DNA from: Mobula hypostoma
Lineage: Eukaryota
Reading direction: 5' to 3'
Assembly: GCF_963921235.1 (NCBI RefSeq)
Contig: NC_086097.1
Span: 51,896,001 to 51,960,000 of the forward strand
DNA length: 64,000 nt
Shown: positions 39,958 through 53,496 of the stretch, one piece after another
Numbering within the stretch: position 1 is the stretch's first letter
How the letters are laid out: every line of letters begins with the position of its first letter
The notes under the pieces: generated by a model
Database searches by the model: none
What the model was told of the DNA's origin: nothing
The model's input: the letters and a program-made list of their open reading frames with translations, nothing else
Translations under genes and position numbers: made by a program

Positions 39958-40083
39958 GAATGTGAAAGGTCTCGACCTGAAATGTCGATGGCCTATTTCC
40001 CTCCAGAGATGCTGCCTGACCTGTTGAATTCCTCCAGCACTTTGTGTGTTGCTCCAGATTTCCAGCATCTGCAGTCTTTCGTG
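39958..40083 (+). mobile_element. Penelope-like pLTR fragment
   Basis: tgtgaaaggtctcgacctgaaatgtcga (decayed hammerhead) then gatgctgcctgacctgttgaattcctccagcactttgtgtgttgc. Confidence 0.6.
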
Positions 40084-40184
40084 GATCTTGATTGCATACT
40101 TTGGTGTTGTTGTGTACACCACTGCAAAATTTCAAAGGAAACTCATTCGTGAAGTGAAATGGTGGATTTGCTGTCTGTTTCAAA

Positions 40185-40892
40185 TATCCTGAGGTCATGC
40201 TTCTGATTCTTAAAAATACTTGACATGGAAGGGTATCGTTAGATTTTGCGCTTTGGGAGGGCAAAACACGATAGGACATACACAGTGAGCGGTAGGGCAC
40301 TGAGGAGTCTGGTAAAACAAAGGGATTTGAGAATAGAGATCCATAATTCCTTGAAAGTGGCATCTTGGGTAGATAGAGGGAGCTTTGGTCACATTTCCCA
40401 TCAATAACCAGAGCATTGAGTATGGAAGTTGTGAGGTTATGTTGAAGTTGTATATGATGTTGGTGAGGCCGTATCTGCAGTTCTGGCCACCTACCTGCAG
40501 GAAAGATATCAATCAGATGGAAAGAGTACAGTGAAAATTTACAAGAATGTTGCCAAGACTTGAGGGCATGAGTTATAGGGAAAAGTTGACTAGGTTAGGA
40601 TTTTGTTCCCTGGAGTGCAGGAGACTGGGGGTGGGGGGGGGGGGAAGATCTGATAGAGGGATACAAAATTATGAGGGGTATAGTTAGGGTAAATGGAATG
40701 AGCTGCCAATGGAAGCGTGAATGTGGATTCCACTGCAACATTTAAGAGGATTTTGGATTAGTACTTGGATAGGATGTGTATGGAGAGCTGAGGTTGAGGT
40801 GTGCTGATGGGACTAGGCAGAATAACAGTTCGCCATGGAGTAGCTGGGACAAATGATCTGTTACTGTGCTGCAGTGCTCTATGACTCTATGG
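40185..40892 (+). mobile_element. Degraded CR1 3' fragment
   Basis: EVMLKLYMMLVRPYLQFWPPTCRKDI-like sequence; (ctatgact)n tail. Confidence 0.75.
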
Positions 40893-43315
40893 TTAATTTA
40901 TGTCAAAAACTGCTGAAGCAGCAGGACTTTCAAGCTCATGGAAAGTTAATAACAGCTCAGTGACATAGAATCTGAGTCAGAAATTCAGAGGGACATAACT
41001 ACAGTTATTTCACAAACATTTATGTAAGTCCATAAGAATACAAGAAAACAGAAGCAAGAGTAGGCCACTCAAGCCTGGTCTGCCTTTCAGTATGATCTTA
41101 GCTGACCATACTGAAAGGCAGATCTACGCTGTGCTAGTTCCCCAAAACTCTCAGTTCCTTGAGCTTTTTGATATTTATCTATCTCTGTTTTAAATATTTC
41201 TAATGATCTGGCCTTTACCAGCACCTGAGGCAGAGAATTCCAAAGATGTTCAACCCTCAGACAGAAGAAATTCGAAGATACAAAGTACATTTATTATCAA
41301 AGAATATACGGTAAAAATTATTATACTCAGTTTAAAAGACTGGTTTCTCGTATCAATGTCCCTTGTTCTTGACTCTACCACCAATAAAGCCTATTTATTA
41401 TTGAAAATTGCACATATTTTTGAACGATTTGCAGTATTTTGCGAATTTCTTTCCATGCCAGTGAAAGATAGGTGGACTTTTAGTCAAGGATATGGACTAT
41501 AGGAAGAATCGTCTGGTGTACTGTGTGGCATGCCATCAAGCACCCTTTTCCTACCCACTTCATCCAAGTTAGTTTTTGAAGCACTTGATGTACCATGCCA
41601 ATACCTCATTGGGTAGCCCAATTTGGGTACTAATTGGCATCGTGAAGATGTCACTCGTATCTGAGAACATAAAAATTACTATTTCCTGTAAAGATTCTAA
41701 GCATTCAATACTCTACAGATTCATTCTATATATAAGATTTAAAAGACTATGGAGTAGTATCTATTGATTGTAGAGCATTTTACTGTGTTTCGTGGCACAT
41801 CTGTTTTCCGAACATCTCAGTTCTTTTTGACTCCTATTCAGTTATAAATCTGAGGTTACTATTCAGCGTCATTTTGGGTCAATTATATAGTTCATCTTTA
41901 TGTTCTTGTCAGCTCGACCAAATACAACTGCATGTATCTCCCTGCAATCAAGCAGTGTAACTTTGCACAGATTTTCAATTGTAATTGCATCTAAAACACT
42001 GAATTCCATGGGGCATTCATTCCTTATTTTGTATATTTCTGTTATGAAAACTCATATGTATAATTTTTAGAGTGCAAAGTTTAAAATTTGCTGAAAGAAA
42101 ATTCTGTTCATAGTCAGGTAATGAGCAGTGACAATCTGCTGGAAATTTGCTTTGTAATTATTCAGTTATGATGAGGACAACTAGTTTGCACATTCACATT
42201 CTCAGTCCTATCTTGGAAAAATTTATTCTTAGACAACAAATGCACCAATTATGACAAAGCTCGATATTTGGCAATAAATACACCTCTTAATTTAAGTAGC
42301 CTAATTTTCCTCCCACCTTTTTCTGTTGAGCTCCAACACAAATGTTGAAATAGGCATGAACCTTCTGTCCTCAATCAGTTTTATTGAAAGTGTAGTTACG
42401 TTACTCAACTCCCCCTCTCCCATTATCATAAGATTGTGTGCAATTTCAGGACAGCTAGATACAGAACATTGAATTATATCCTCCCAGGCTGTGAACCCAA
42501 CAGCATAACAATTGTCAATCTGAAATATTAATATTTCCTTTGATTATTAACAAGGATTTTTGTACTTCTGGTTCACAGAGCAACTGCTGCTTAAAGCATC
42601 AATTATAATTGGGCATCCTCCTGGGTCTCAAGGCAATAGTAAACTTCTGTGAGGTCAGGAAAAGGACATGGCGATGTAGATTTCTTTTGAAATTTCAGAA
42701 CTTCTGGAATTTCTTGTTTCTTTCTTTTGGCATAAATTATCCTGACCTTTGACTGCTGTCTCAGGTGGTTGTAAAAGATATTGACATTTGATGGATGTAA
42801 ACAGATAGAAAAGATGAAATTATTTTGAAGAACAGCAGGGGAGTAATTCTTGGTATTCTAGCCAATATTTACCTTTCACCAAAAATTATTGAAACAGTTT
42901 AGATGTAGTAATCATATTAGATAATATTTAGTTTGTGGGTGCTTTCTTGGTACTAATTGTCCATTAGGCTTTCTACACTTCAAGAATGACTACTTTAAAA
43001 GGCGTTCCTTCCTTCGGATAAGGAAGTCTGAGAATCGGGCGGGAGTGCGGCGGGAGCCATTTTGATGTTTTCTTCTTATCATCGGAGTTAAGAGAGGCGG
43101 GACTACGCAGGCCTGTGATGTCGGGCAGTGAAGCGTGGAAGATTTAAAAGGAACACAGCCTTATACAGCGGGCAGCGTCGTTTTGCGGGCAGTGGAGTGA
43201 GCCGGGAGCAGAGTGAAGGTCTAAGGGCTTTGGTTCAACAGGCTTAGGTGGAACCGGGTGAGGCAAAGTAGGTTTGGTTTTCAATTTTTCCTGTTATTTG
43301 AGGAAAGGGGGAAGT

Positions 43316-44243
43316 ATGAGTGTGAGTGTGAGGGCAGCCTGTTGTTCTCGGTGTCAGATGTGGGAGGTCCTGGAGTCTCCTAGCCTCCCGGACGTCCACA
43401 TCTGCACCAGGTGCGCCGAGCTGCAGCTCGTAAGGGACCGTGTTAGGGAACTGGAGCTGCAGCTCGATGACTTCCATCTGGTCAGGGAGAGTGAGGAGTT
43501 GGTAGAGAGGAGTTGCAGGCAGGTGGTCACACCAAGGCCACGGGAGGCAGACAAGTGTGTCACGGTTAGGAGGGGGAAGGGGAAGTGTCAGGTACTAGAG
43601 AGTACCCCAGTGGTTGTGCCCCTTGACAATAAGTACTGCTGTTTGAGTACTATTGGGGGGGACAGCTTACCTGGGGGAAGCAATAGTGGCCGTGCCTCTG
43701 GCACAGAGTCCGGCCCTGTAGCTATGAAGTGTAGAGAAGAGGAGGGCAGTAGTAATAGGGAACTCGATAGTTAGGGGGTCAGATAGGCGATTCTGTGGAC
43801 ACAGTCGGGAGACCGGGATCATAGTTTGCCTCCCTGGTGCCAGGGCCCGAGATGTTTCTGATCGCGTCCAAGATATCCTGAAGTGGGAGGGTGAGGAGCC
43901 AGAGGTCGTAGTACATACAGGTACCAGTGACATAGGTAGGAAAAGGGAAGAGGTCCTGAAAGAAGAATATAGGGAGTTAGGAAGGGAGTTGAGAAGAAGG
44001 ATTGCATAGGTAGTAATCTCGGGATTACTGCCTGTGCCACGCGACAGTGAGATTAGGAATGGAATGAGGTGGAGGATAAATGCGTGGCTGCGGGATTGGA
44101 GCAGGGGGCAGGGATTCAAGTTTCTGGATCATTGGGACCTCTCTTGGTGCAGGTGTGACCTGTACGAAAAGGACGGGTTGCACTTGAATCCTAGGGGAAA
44201 CAATATCCTGGCGGGGAGATTTGCGAAGGCTACTTTAACCTAG
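43316..44243 (+). pseudogene. CR1 ORF1 (zinc finger/coiled coil plus SGNH-type esterase), disrupted
   Basis: CSRCQMW...HICTRCAELQLVRDRVRELE; CLPGARA..VVVHTGTSDIG; DGLHLN; frameshift near 43740 and a stop near 44007. Confidence 0.85.
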
Positions 44244-44244
44244 A

Positions 44245-47244
44245 ATGGTTGGGGGGTGGAATCAAATTGAAGAGACTAGGAGAGAGGAGGTTAGTTCACA
44301 AATAGAGAAAGCTAGTAGACAGTGTGTGAGGGAGGATGGGCAAGGGACAGAGAACAGGAGTACACAGACCGAAGATGTAGGGGAGAAGGAAGAAAAAAAT
44401 AACAAAGTTGTTTGCACCATTAGGGATAAACAGAGAGTAAGAGGTGGAGAGTATCTTAAATGCATCTATTTTAAAGTAAGAAAGGTGGATGAGCTTAGAG
44501 CATGGATTAATACCTGGAAATACGATGTTGTAGCTATTAGTGAAACATGGTTGCAGGAGGGGTTTGATTGGCATCTAAATATTCCAGGATTTCGTTGCTT
44601 CAGGTGTGATAGAATTGAAGGGGCAAGAGGGGGAGGTGTTGCATTACTTGTCAGAGAAAATATTACAGCGGTGCTTTGGCAGAATAGATTAGAGGGCTCG
44701 TCTAGGGAGGCTACTTGGGTGGAATTGAGGAATGGGAAAGGTGTAGTAACGCTTATAGGGGTGTATTATAGACCACCTAATGGGGAGCGAGAATTGGAAG
44801 AGCAAATTTGTAAGGAGATAGCAGATATTTGTATTAAGCACAAGGTTGTGATTGTGGGAGATTTTAATTTTCCACACATAGACTGGGAATCCCATTCTGT
44901 AAAAGGGCTGGATGGATTGGAGTTTGTAAAATGTGTGCAAGATAGTTTTTTGCAGCAATACATAGAGGTACCAACTAGAAAAGGGGCAGTGTTGGATCTC
45001 CTGTTAGGGAATGAGATAGATCAGGTGACAGAGGTATGTGTTGGGGAGCACTTCTAGTCCAGTGATCACAATGCCATTAGTTTCAATATAATTATGAAGG
45101 ATAGGACTGGACTCAGGGTTGAGATTTTTGATTGGAGAAAGGCTAACTTTGAGGAGATGCAAAAGGAATTAGGAGTAGATAGAGACAATTTGTTTTATGG
45201 GAAGGATGTAATAGAGAAATGGAAGTCATTTAAAGGTGAAATTTTGAGGGTACAGAATCTTTATGTTCCTGTTAGGTCGAAAGGAAAGGTTAAAAGTTTG
45301 AGAGAGCCATGGTTTTCAAGGGATATTGGAAACTTGGTTCGGAAAAAGATAGAGATTTACAATAAATATAGGCAGCTTGGAGTAAATGAGGTGCTCGAGG
45401 AATATAAAGAACATAAAAAGAATCTTAAGAAAGAAATTGGAAAAGCTAAAAGAAGATATGAGGTTGCTTTGGCAAGTAAGGTGAAAATAATTCCAAAGGG
45501 TTTCTACAGTTATATTAATAGCAAAAGGACAGTGAGGGATAAAATTGGTCCCTTAGAAAATCAGAGTGGATGGCTATGTGCAAAGCCAAAAGAGATGGGG
45601 GAGATTTTGAACAATTTCTTTTCTTCGGTATTCACTAAGGAGAAGGATATTGAATTGTGTAAGGTAAGGGAAACAACTAGGGTAGTTATGGAAACTACTA
45701 TGATTAAAGAAGAGAAAGCACTGGTGCTTTTAAGGAATATAAAAGTGGATAAGTCTCCAGGTCCTGACAGGATATTCCCTAGGACCTTGAGGGAAGTTAG
45801 TGTAGAAATAGCAGGGGCTCTGACAGAAATATTTCAAATCTCATTAGAAACAGGGATGGTGCCAGAGGATTTGTGTATTGCTCATGTTGTTCCATTTTTT
45901 AAAAAGGGTTCTAATAGTAAACCTAGCAATTATTGGCCTGTGAGTTTGATGTCAGTGGTGGGTAAATTGATGGAAAGTATTCCTAAAGATGGTATGTATA
46001 ATTATCTGGATAGACAGGGTCTGATTAAGAACAGTCAACATGGATTTGTGTGTGGAAAGTCATGTTTGACAAATCTTATTGAATTTTTTGAAGAGGTTGC
46101 TAGGAAAGTTGACGAGGGTAAAGCGATGGATGTTGTCTATATGGACTTCAGTAAGGCCTTTGACAAGGCTCCACATGGAAGGTTAGTTAGGAAGGTTCAA
46201 TTGTTAGGTATTAATATTGAAATAGTAAAATGGATTCAGCAGTGGCTGGATGGGAGATGCCACAGAGTAGTGGTGGATAACTGTTTGTCAGATTGGAGGC
46301 CGGCGACTAGTGGTGTGCCTCAGGGATCTGTACTGGGTCCAATGTTGTTTGTCAAATACATTAATGATCTGGATGATGGGGTGGTAAATTGGATGAGTAA
46401 GTATGCAGATGATACTAAAATAGGTGGAGTTGCAGATAATGAAGTAGGTTTTCAAAACTTGCAGAGAGATTTAGGCCAGTTAGAAGAGTGGGCTGAAAGA
46501 TGGCAGATGGAGTTTAATGCTGATAAATGTGAGGTGCTACATTTTGGTAGGACTAATCAAAATAGGACATACATGGTAAATGGTAGGGCATTGAAGAATG
46601 CAGTAGAACAGAGGGATCTAGGAATAATGGTGCATAGTTCCCTGAAGGTGGAATCTCATGTGGATAGGGTGGTGAAGAAAGCTTTTGGTATGCTGGCCTT
46701 TATTAATCAGAGCATTGAGTGTAGGAGTTGGGATGCAATGTTGAAATTGTACAAGGCATTGGTAAGGCCAAATTTGGAGTATTGTGTACAGTTTTGGACA
46801 CCGAATTATAGGAAAGATGTTAACAAAATTGAGACAGTACACAGAAGATTTACTAGAATGTTACCTGGGTTTCATCTCCTAAGTTACAAAGAAAGGTTGA
46901 ACAAGTTGGTTCTTTATTCTTTGGAACGTAGAAGGTTGAGGGGGGACTTGATAAAGGTATTTAAAATTATGAGGGGGATAGATATAGTTGACCTGGATAG
47001 GCTTTTTCTATTGAGAGTGGGGGAGATTCAAACAAGAGGACATGAGTTGAGATTTAAAGGGCCAAAGTTTAGGAGTAACATGAGGGGGAACTTCTTTGCT
47101 CAGAGAGTGGTAGCTGTATGGAATGAGCTTCCAGCAGAAGTGGTTGAGTCAAGTTCGATGTTGTCATTTAAAGTTAAATTGGACAGCTATATGGACAGAA
47201 AAGGAATGGAGGGTCATGGGCTGAGTGCAGGTCAGTGGGACTAG
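44245..47244 (+). pseudogene. CR1 ORF2 (APE endonuclease + RT) with one in-frame stop
   Basis: ORFs 44245-45057 and 45094-47244 share a frame and are separated only by TAG (HF*SSDH); ISETW, GDFN, QGSVLGP, YADD. Confidence 0.92.
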
Positions 47245-49069
47245 GTAAGAGTAAGAGTTCGACACGGACTAGAAGGGCCGAGATGGCCTGTTTCTGTGCT
47301 GTAATTGTTATATGGTTATATGGTACTTAACTGCAAAACACTTTAGGACAAACTGAAAGACATTATATAAGGATAAGTTTTTCTTATTTCTTTTTGTGGC
47401 AATCGGTATAAAATATATTTTTCCATCATTGACATTTAATGGACATACATTAAATATGGAACCTATTAATTTGGCAGGCGGATCACAGGGCATGATATTA
47501 TGAAATGTATATGCTTTGTTCTTGCTCCTACCTGACGTTTTTATTCCAAGTGATTTTAATCTATAGTTCTCTGAATGTGCAATTATAGTTTCATAAAGAT
47601 GTAAGCAAAGAACTTAAATCCAGAAGTAAAAGAATGTTATTACCAAAAGAGAACTGTCCTCTGCTTTCCTCTCTGCAAATGCTGTTTGACCCGCTGTGTA
47701 TTTCCAGCTGATGGTATTTTACTTCAAAGAAAATAGGAGCTAGCTCTGGACACAATTACGCTATGATGAATAAAAGATAGGATTTAATGGTCTGTTATCT
47801 ACATGAATATCATAGTTAAAGGTCAAAATCACAAGTTATCTAGATCATTAATCTGTCTTCTATAGAAACAGTTGCTATGGATACCTTAACTGTCTGGTTT
47901 GGCTATACTTTGAATTACACCATGCAAAAAAAAGAGCTAATCAAAAAAATAAACTGACAGAAGTTCTAAAAACAAAATGTGACCTTTTACATATCTGCCA
48001 ATTTGTCAGTAACTGTGTAATTCTGACTAAACAGCAGGATTCTAGAAATGGAGTGGCAAGTGCATATGCATAGTGTTAATGTGACCTTGCAGTAGTTCTG
48101 GTAACATCAGTGCCACTCCTGACTGTGTTTTGAAATTCTGGATCCCATTTACCTCAAACTGACTCCCTTAGAACCAATGAAACAAAGGATAGGTGCTACT
48201 TCTTGTCAACTTCTGGCAATGTTACATCAATTATATTTCCTTGGCAACCTTTCATGTCGTGAGAGATGCTGTTTACTAAAGAGGCCTATGAGCACATTCT
48301 GCACAGCCGATGCACCCTACACTGCAGGGTTCCACGCACAGAGGATTTAGTCTGGAGATGTGTGGACTTAATGTGTTAGAATTTGCACATGTTTATCTAA
48401 TTACTGATGTTTTAAACAATGCTGATAGTAAATTTAAAAAGGTTTCACTTTTTTTTGTATCAAAGCTGAGGTCCTTTGAACTTCCAAAAATCGGAGTGAT
48501 TTTTAGAATTATGACAAAAGAATAACTTACAAAAAAAGTATTGTACAGTTCCCTGGGTCAATATCAATGCCTTCTTTTGCATGAAAAAAGGAATAACATT
48601 TTCTTTATCTTTTCAATAGTTCTTTAGAAGCAAAACTTCTACCTTATAAACACTTATTTATTAAATTGCCAATGGCATGCTTATTAAAAAATAAAGTTTA
48701 TATTGTTAATGTCCTGCACAGGACTATTGTAAAAAGTTCTAAGAACACAGATAGCTAATGGAGGTTGAGTAAACATTGGCTGATAAAACTGATGCATTTC
48801 ACACATTCTGAAAGATTGATTAAAAGTAAAGCACCGGGTAACCTAAACTGTATTTCATACACATTTTATTTGGAATTGCAGTTGGTTTATCTTTGTGTTT
48901 GCGTTAACACTAAATGACTGGATATCTAATCTATAGGAGGACAGATCAAAACAAAATGCAGTTTGAAAACATCAGTGAAATATTAAGATTAGAATTATCC
49001 AACTATTTCAGGAGTTCCACTCTGAAGAAAATGAACCACAATGATGCAGGGAAACACATACAACACATC

Positions 49070-51930
49070 CACACAGTCTGCTCCATCATTTGACCATGGA
49101 TGATTTATTATCCCTAACGACACTAATCTCCTTTCTTTTCCCTATAACTTTTGATACCCATACTAATCAAGAACCTATCAACATCGACTTTGATTATACC
49201 CAATGACATGGCCTCCACAGCCATTGGTGGCAATGAATTCCACAGGTTCTCCATGCTCTGGGTGAAGAAATTCCTCCTCACCTCTGTTCTAAAGGGACGT
49301 ACTTCTATTCTGAGACTGTGCCCTCAGGTCTCAACCTCTCCTACTATTAGAAACATTCTCTCCACATCCACTCTATCACAGCCCTACAATATTCAGGAGG
49401 TTTCAATGAAATCCCCCCCACCCCCCCATTCTTCTAAATTCCAGTGAATGCAGACCCGGAACAATCAAACTGTCCATTAAATCTTTAATTCCTGTGATTG
49501 TACTCATGAAATTCCTCTGGACCCTCTCTAATGCCAGCACATCCTTTTTAGATCATGGTCCCAAAACTGTACTCAATACTCCAAATGCAGTCTAACCAAA
49601 GTCTTATAAAGCCTTAACATTACATCCTTGCTTTTATATTCTAGTCTCTCAAAATGAATGTGGTGACTGAGGAGACTGAGGTCCTTTGGATTATGCACGC
49701 CTCTCTACCACATGTTCTATTAGTCTGTTGTCACTTGTACAATTTTCTATGTGGTGGTGTACTAGGGCAATGGCATCAACCCAGGTAATGCAACAGGCTC
49801 AATAAACTGATTAAAAAGGCTGGCTCTGTTATAGGAGTCAAACTGGGCTGTGGCTGAACTAAGGACCCTCCAGCTGAACAAAATCCTGAAAATCCTGGCA
49901 GTTCTGGACAATGTTTCTCATCCTCTGCATGCCACCTTGGCTGAACAGAGGAACACCTTTAGTAATAGACTAAGACAACTGTGCTGCTCCAAAGAGCGCT
50001 ATATGAGGTCATTCTTACCCTCGGCCATTAGGCTTTATAATGAGTCAATCTACGGCCGGGGTCGTGATGACACCCTCATGTTATGAGGGTGCTTGAGGGT
50101 GCTTAACCTCATGCTTGAGGTAACTTATTTTTTATTCTTTCCTACTTCTCTTCTAACGTTTGTATATTTGTATGTGCACTTCTAATGCTACTGTGACACT
50201 GTAATTTCCTTTGGGATCAATAAAGTATCTATCTATTGCATTTGCCTTACTTTCTACTGACAACCTACAAGTTACCTTTAAGGAATCCCACACGAGGACT
50301 CCCAAATCTCTTTGCACTGAATCTTCTCCCCACATAGAAAATAGTCCATGCCTTTATTCCTTCTACCAAAGTGCATGACCATGCACTTCCCTGCATTGTA
50401 TTCCATTGTCACTTCTTTGCACAGTCTCCTAATCTGGCCATGCCCTTCTGCCGACTCCCTACTTGCTCAGCACTACCTGCCCCTCCACCTATCTTTGTAG
50501 CAGCCACAAACATAACCAGAAAGCCATCAATGCCATCATCATCCAGATCATTAACATATAACGTGAAAATTGGTGGGTCCAAGACCAGCCCTCATGAAAC
50601 ACCACTAATCACAGACAGCCAACCAGAAAAAGCCCCTTTTACCCCTATTTATGTTCTGTTCTGCCAGTCAGCCAGTCTTCTGCCCATGGTAGTATCTTCC
50701 CTGTAGTATCATAGGCTGTTGTTTAGTAGTCTCATCTGCAGCATCTTGTCAAAGTCCTTCAACATGCATTGACTCTCCTTTGTCTATCCTGCCTATTATT
50801 TCTTCTAACAATTCCAACAGATTTGTGAGGCAAGATTTTCCCTTCACAAAGCCATGCTGACTTCAGCCTACACTATTTTGTGCCTCCAGGTAACACTCTA
50901 GTATGGAAACACCAATGCCCAAGAACTTAAATCTGCAAAAAAAATGGTGAAATGTAGCCCAGCCCATCACAGGGAAAACCCCTACCCAGCAAAGAATGCT
51001 ATCACAAGGAAGAAACATCCATCATCAAGGACCACCACCATCCAGTCCATGCTCTCTTCTCACTGCTGTCATCAAGAAGGAGGTACAGGAGCCATAGTTC
51101 CTGCTCCACCAAGTTTAGGACAATTTGTTACCCATCAACAATCCAGTTCCTGAACTAGCATGGATAACCTCACTTACCTCAACACTGAACTGATTCCACA
51201 GCCTACAGACTCCCTTTCAGGAACCCTACAACTTGTATTCTCAGTATTATTTATTTATGTGCCTACCTATCTATTTATCTATATATTTTTGTATTTGCAC
51301 AGTGTGTGTTCTTTTGCACATTGGTGTTTGTCGATCTTTGTTCATGTGTAGTTTTTAATTGATTCTATTGTATTTCTTTTTTGTACTGGGAATACCTGCA
51401 AAAAAGTGAATCTCAGGGTAATATATGGTGTCATTTATGTACTTTGATATTAAATTTACGTTGAACTTTGAAGTAGCTTGAAATCTCATCCTTAATAAGG
51501 GATTCTATCATCTTCCTAGCCACTGAAGGCTAACTGGCCTCTAATTTCCTATCTTTTGCCTCCCTTCCTTCTTAAAGAGTGGATTGACATCTGTGACATT
51601 CCTGTCCTCCAGAACCTAGTGATTCTTGAAAGGTAACTACTAATGTCTCTACAGTCTCTTTAGCTACCGCTTTCAGAACCCTGGGGTGTAGTCTATTTGC
51701 TTAGTAATAGTGACTACACTCACTTCTGCCCCCTGACACTCAAATTTCTAGCATACTGCTTCTATCTTCCACAATGAAGACTGACACAAAATACTTACTC
51801 AGTTCGTCTGTAATTTCATTGTTCCCTGTTGCTACCTCCCCAGTGTTATTTTCCAGTAGTCTGATGTCTACTCTTGCCTCTCCTTTACTTATATGTCTGG
51901 AAACCTTTTGGTATCCTCTTTTATTTTGGT
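49070..51930 (-). mobile_element. Old fragmented CR1 with nested Rex1-type 3' ends at ~49660-50235 and ~50900-51470 (both +)
   Basis: CR1 RT-like minus-strand text resumes after each insert; ORF 49850-50086 LDNVSHPLH...RSFLPSAIRLYN. Confidence 0.7.
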
Positions 51931-52180
51931 ACCATCTTTAAGATTTAAGGGACAGGACGCTGGATCCATCTGGGTAGAGGCTAGGAATAGCAAAGAAAAA
52001 ATAATCTGGTGGAAGTTGTCTGCAGCCCACCAAATGATATTCCAGAGATACGGACAATTAAACGAAGAAGTATCTGATGAACGTAGGAGTGGAACAGCAA
52101 TCGTCATGAGGACTTTAACTTGCATGTATCAGATTGGTTAAAACAGTCATGAGGGTGAATTCAAAGAATGCATTCATGAT

Positions 52181-52375
52181 AAACACACATAAAATGCTGG
52201 AGGAACTCAGCAGGTCAGGCAGCATCTATAAAAAAAATAAACAGTTGACATTTAAGGTCGAAACTTTATTGAGTGCTTATTTATTTTCACAGATGCTGCC
52301 TGACTTGCTGAGTTCCACCAGCATTTTGTTCATATTGCTCTTGATTTCCAGCATCTGCAGACTCTCTTGTGTTTA
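52181..52375. mobile_element. Penelope-like inverted pLTR pair
   Basis: aaaatgctggaggaactcagcaggtcaggcagcatct ... agatgctgcctgacttgctgagttccaccagcatttt; flanked by cattcatgat / cactcatgat. Confidence 0.7.
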
Positions 52376-52816
52376 TCCACTCATGATAGTTATCTTGAAT
52401 GGCATGTTCGTGAGCCTCCAAAAGGAACATACTATCTTGGATCTTGTCCTGTGCAATGAGACAGGCAAAGAGACTGATCTTGTAGTTGGGGATATTCTAG
52501 GAAAATGTGATCACAGTATGACTGAATTTCTCATATAAATGGAGGGTGCAATAGTTTGATGTGAAACAGTGCATTAGCCTGAACAAGGGAGATTGGAATG
52601 GGATGAGAAAGAAGGTGGAAAGCACAGGAGAGTTCACAGTGCTCAACAAAATATTCCAGTCAAAAGTAAGGGAAGTAAGAATGGGGAGAGCCAATTAATA
52701 ATTTGAAAAGGGGAAGAGAGGATGGCGTATCTAAGTTTGCTGATGGCACTAAATTGAGTGGAAAAGCAAATAGTGCAGAGGACATGGAGAGTCTGCAAAG
52801 AGATATAGCTAGGTTA

Positions 52817-53496
52817 GTCATAGTCATAGTCATACTTTATTGATCCGGAGGAAATTGGTTTTCGTTACAGTTGCACCATAAATAATTAAATAGTAATAAA
52901 ACCATAAATAATTAAATAGTAATATATATTATTATGTCAGGAAATAAGTCCAGGACCAGCCTATTGGCTCAGGGTGTCTGACCCTCCAAGGAGTTGTAAA
53001 GTTTGATGACTACAGGCAGGAATGACTTCCTATGATGCTCTGTGTTGCATCTTGGAGGAATGAGTCTCTGGCTGAATGTACTCCTGTGCCCAACTAGTAC
53101 ATTATGTAGTGGATGGGAGACAGTGTCCAAGATGGCATGCAACTTGGACAGCATCCTCTTTTCAGACGCCACCGTCAGAGAGTCCAGTTCCATCCCCACA
53201 ACGTCACTGGCCTTACGAATGAGTTTGTTGACTCTCTTGGTGTCTGCTACCCTCAGCCTGCTGCCCCAGCACACAACAGCAAACATGATCGCACTGGCCA
53301 CCACAGACTCATAGAACATCCTCAGCATCGTCCAGCAGATGTTAAAGTACCTCAGCCTCCTCAGGAAATAGAGACGGTTCTGACCCTTCTTGTAGACAGC
53401 CTCAGTGTTCTTTGACCAGTCCAGTTTATTGTCAATTCGTATCCCCAGGTATTTGTAATCCTCCAGCATAACCACACTGACCCCCTGGATAGAAAC
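52817..53496 (-). mobile_element. Rex1/Babar-type LINE 3' fragment with an uninterrupted ORF
   Basis: ORF 52969-53475 YKYLG...RLYFLRRLR...FYESVVASAIMFAVVCWG; (atgact)n tail; TSD aggtta at 52811-52816 and 53497-53502. Confidence 0.88.

Larger units (their letters stand above)
43000..47325 (+). mobile_element. Full-length CR1 LINE
   Basis: CpG-rich 5'UTR, ORF1, ORF2 and (GTTATATG)n tail. Confidence 0.95.

Noticed and set aside
41740..41990. Minus-strand acceptor gtgttttag followed by AITIENLCKVTLLDCREIHAVVFGR..
   Set aside because: Stops follow within ~40 codons and I cannot match it to a family; a blastx search would be needed to exclude a decayed exon
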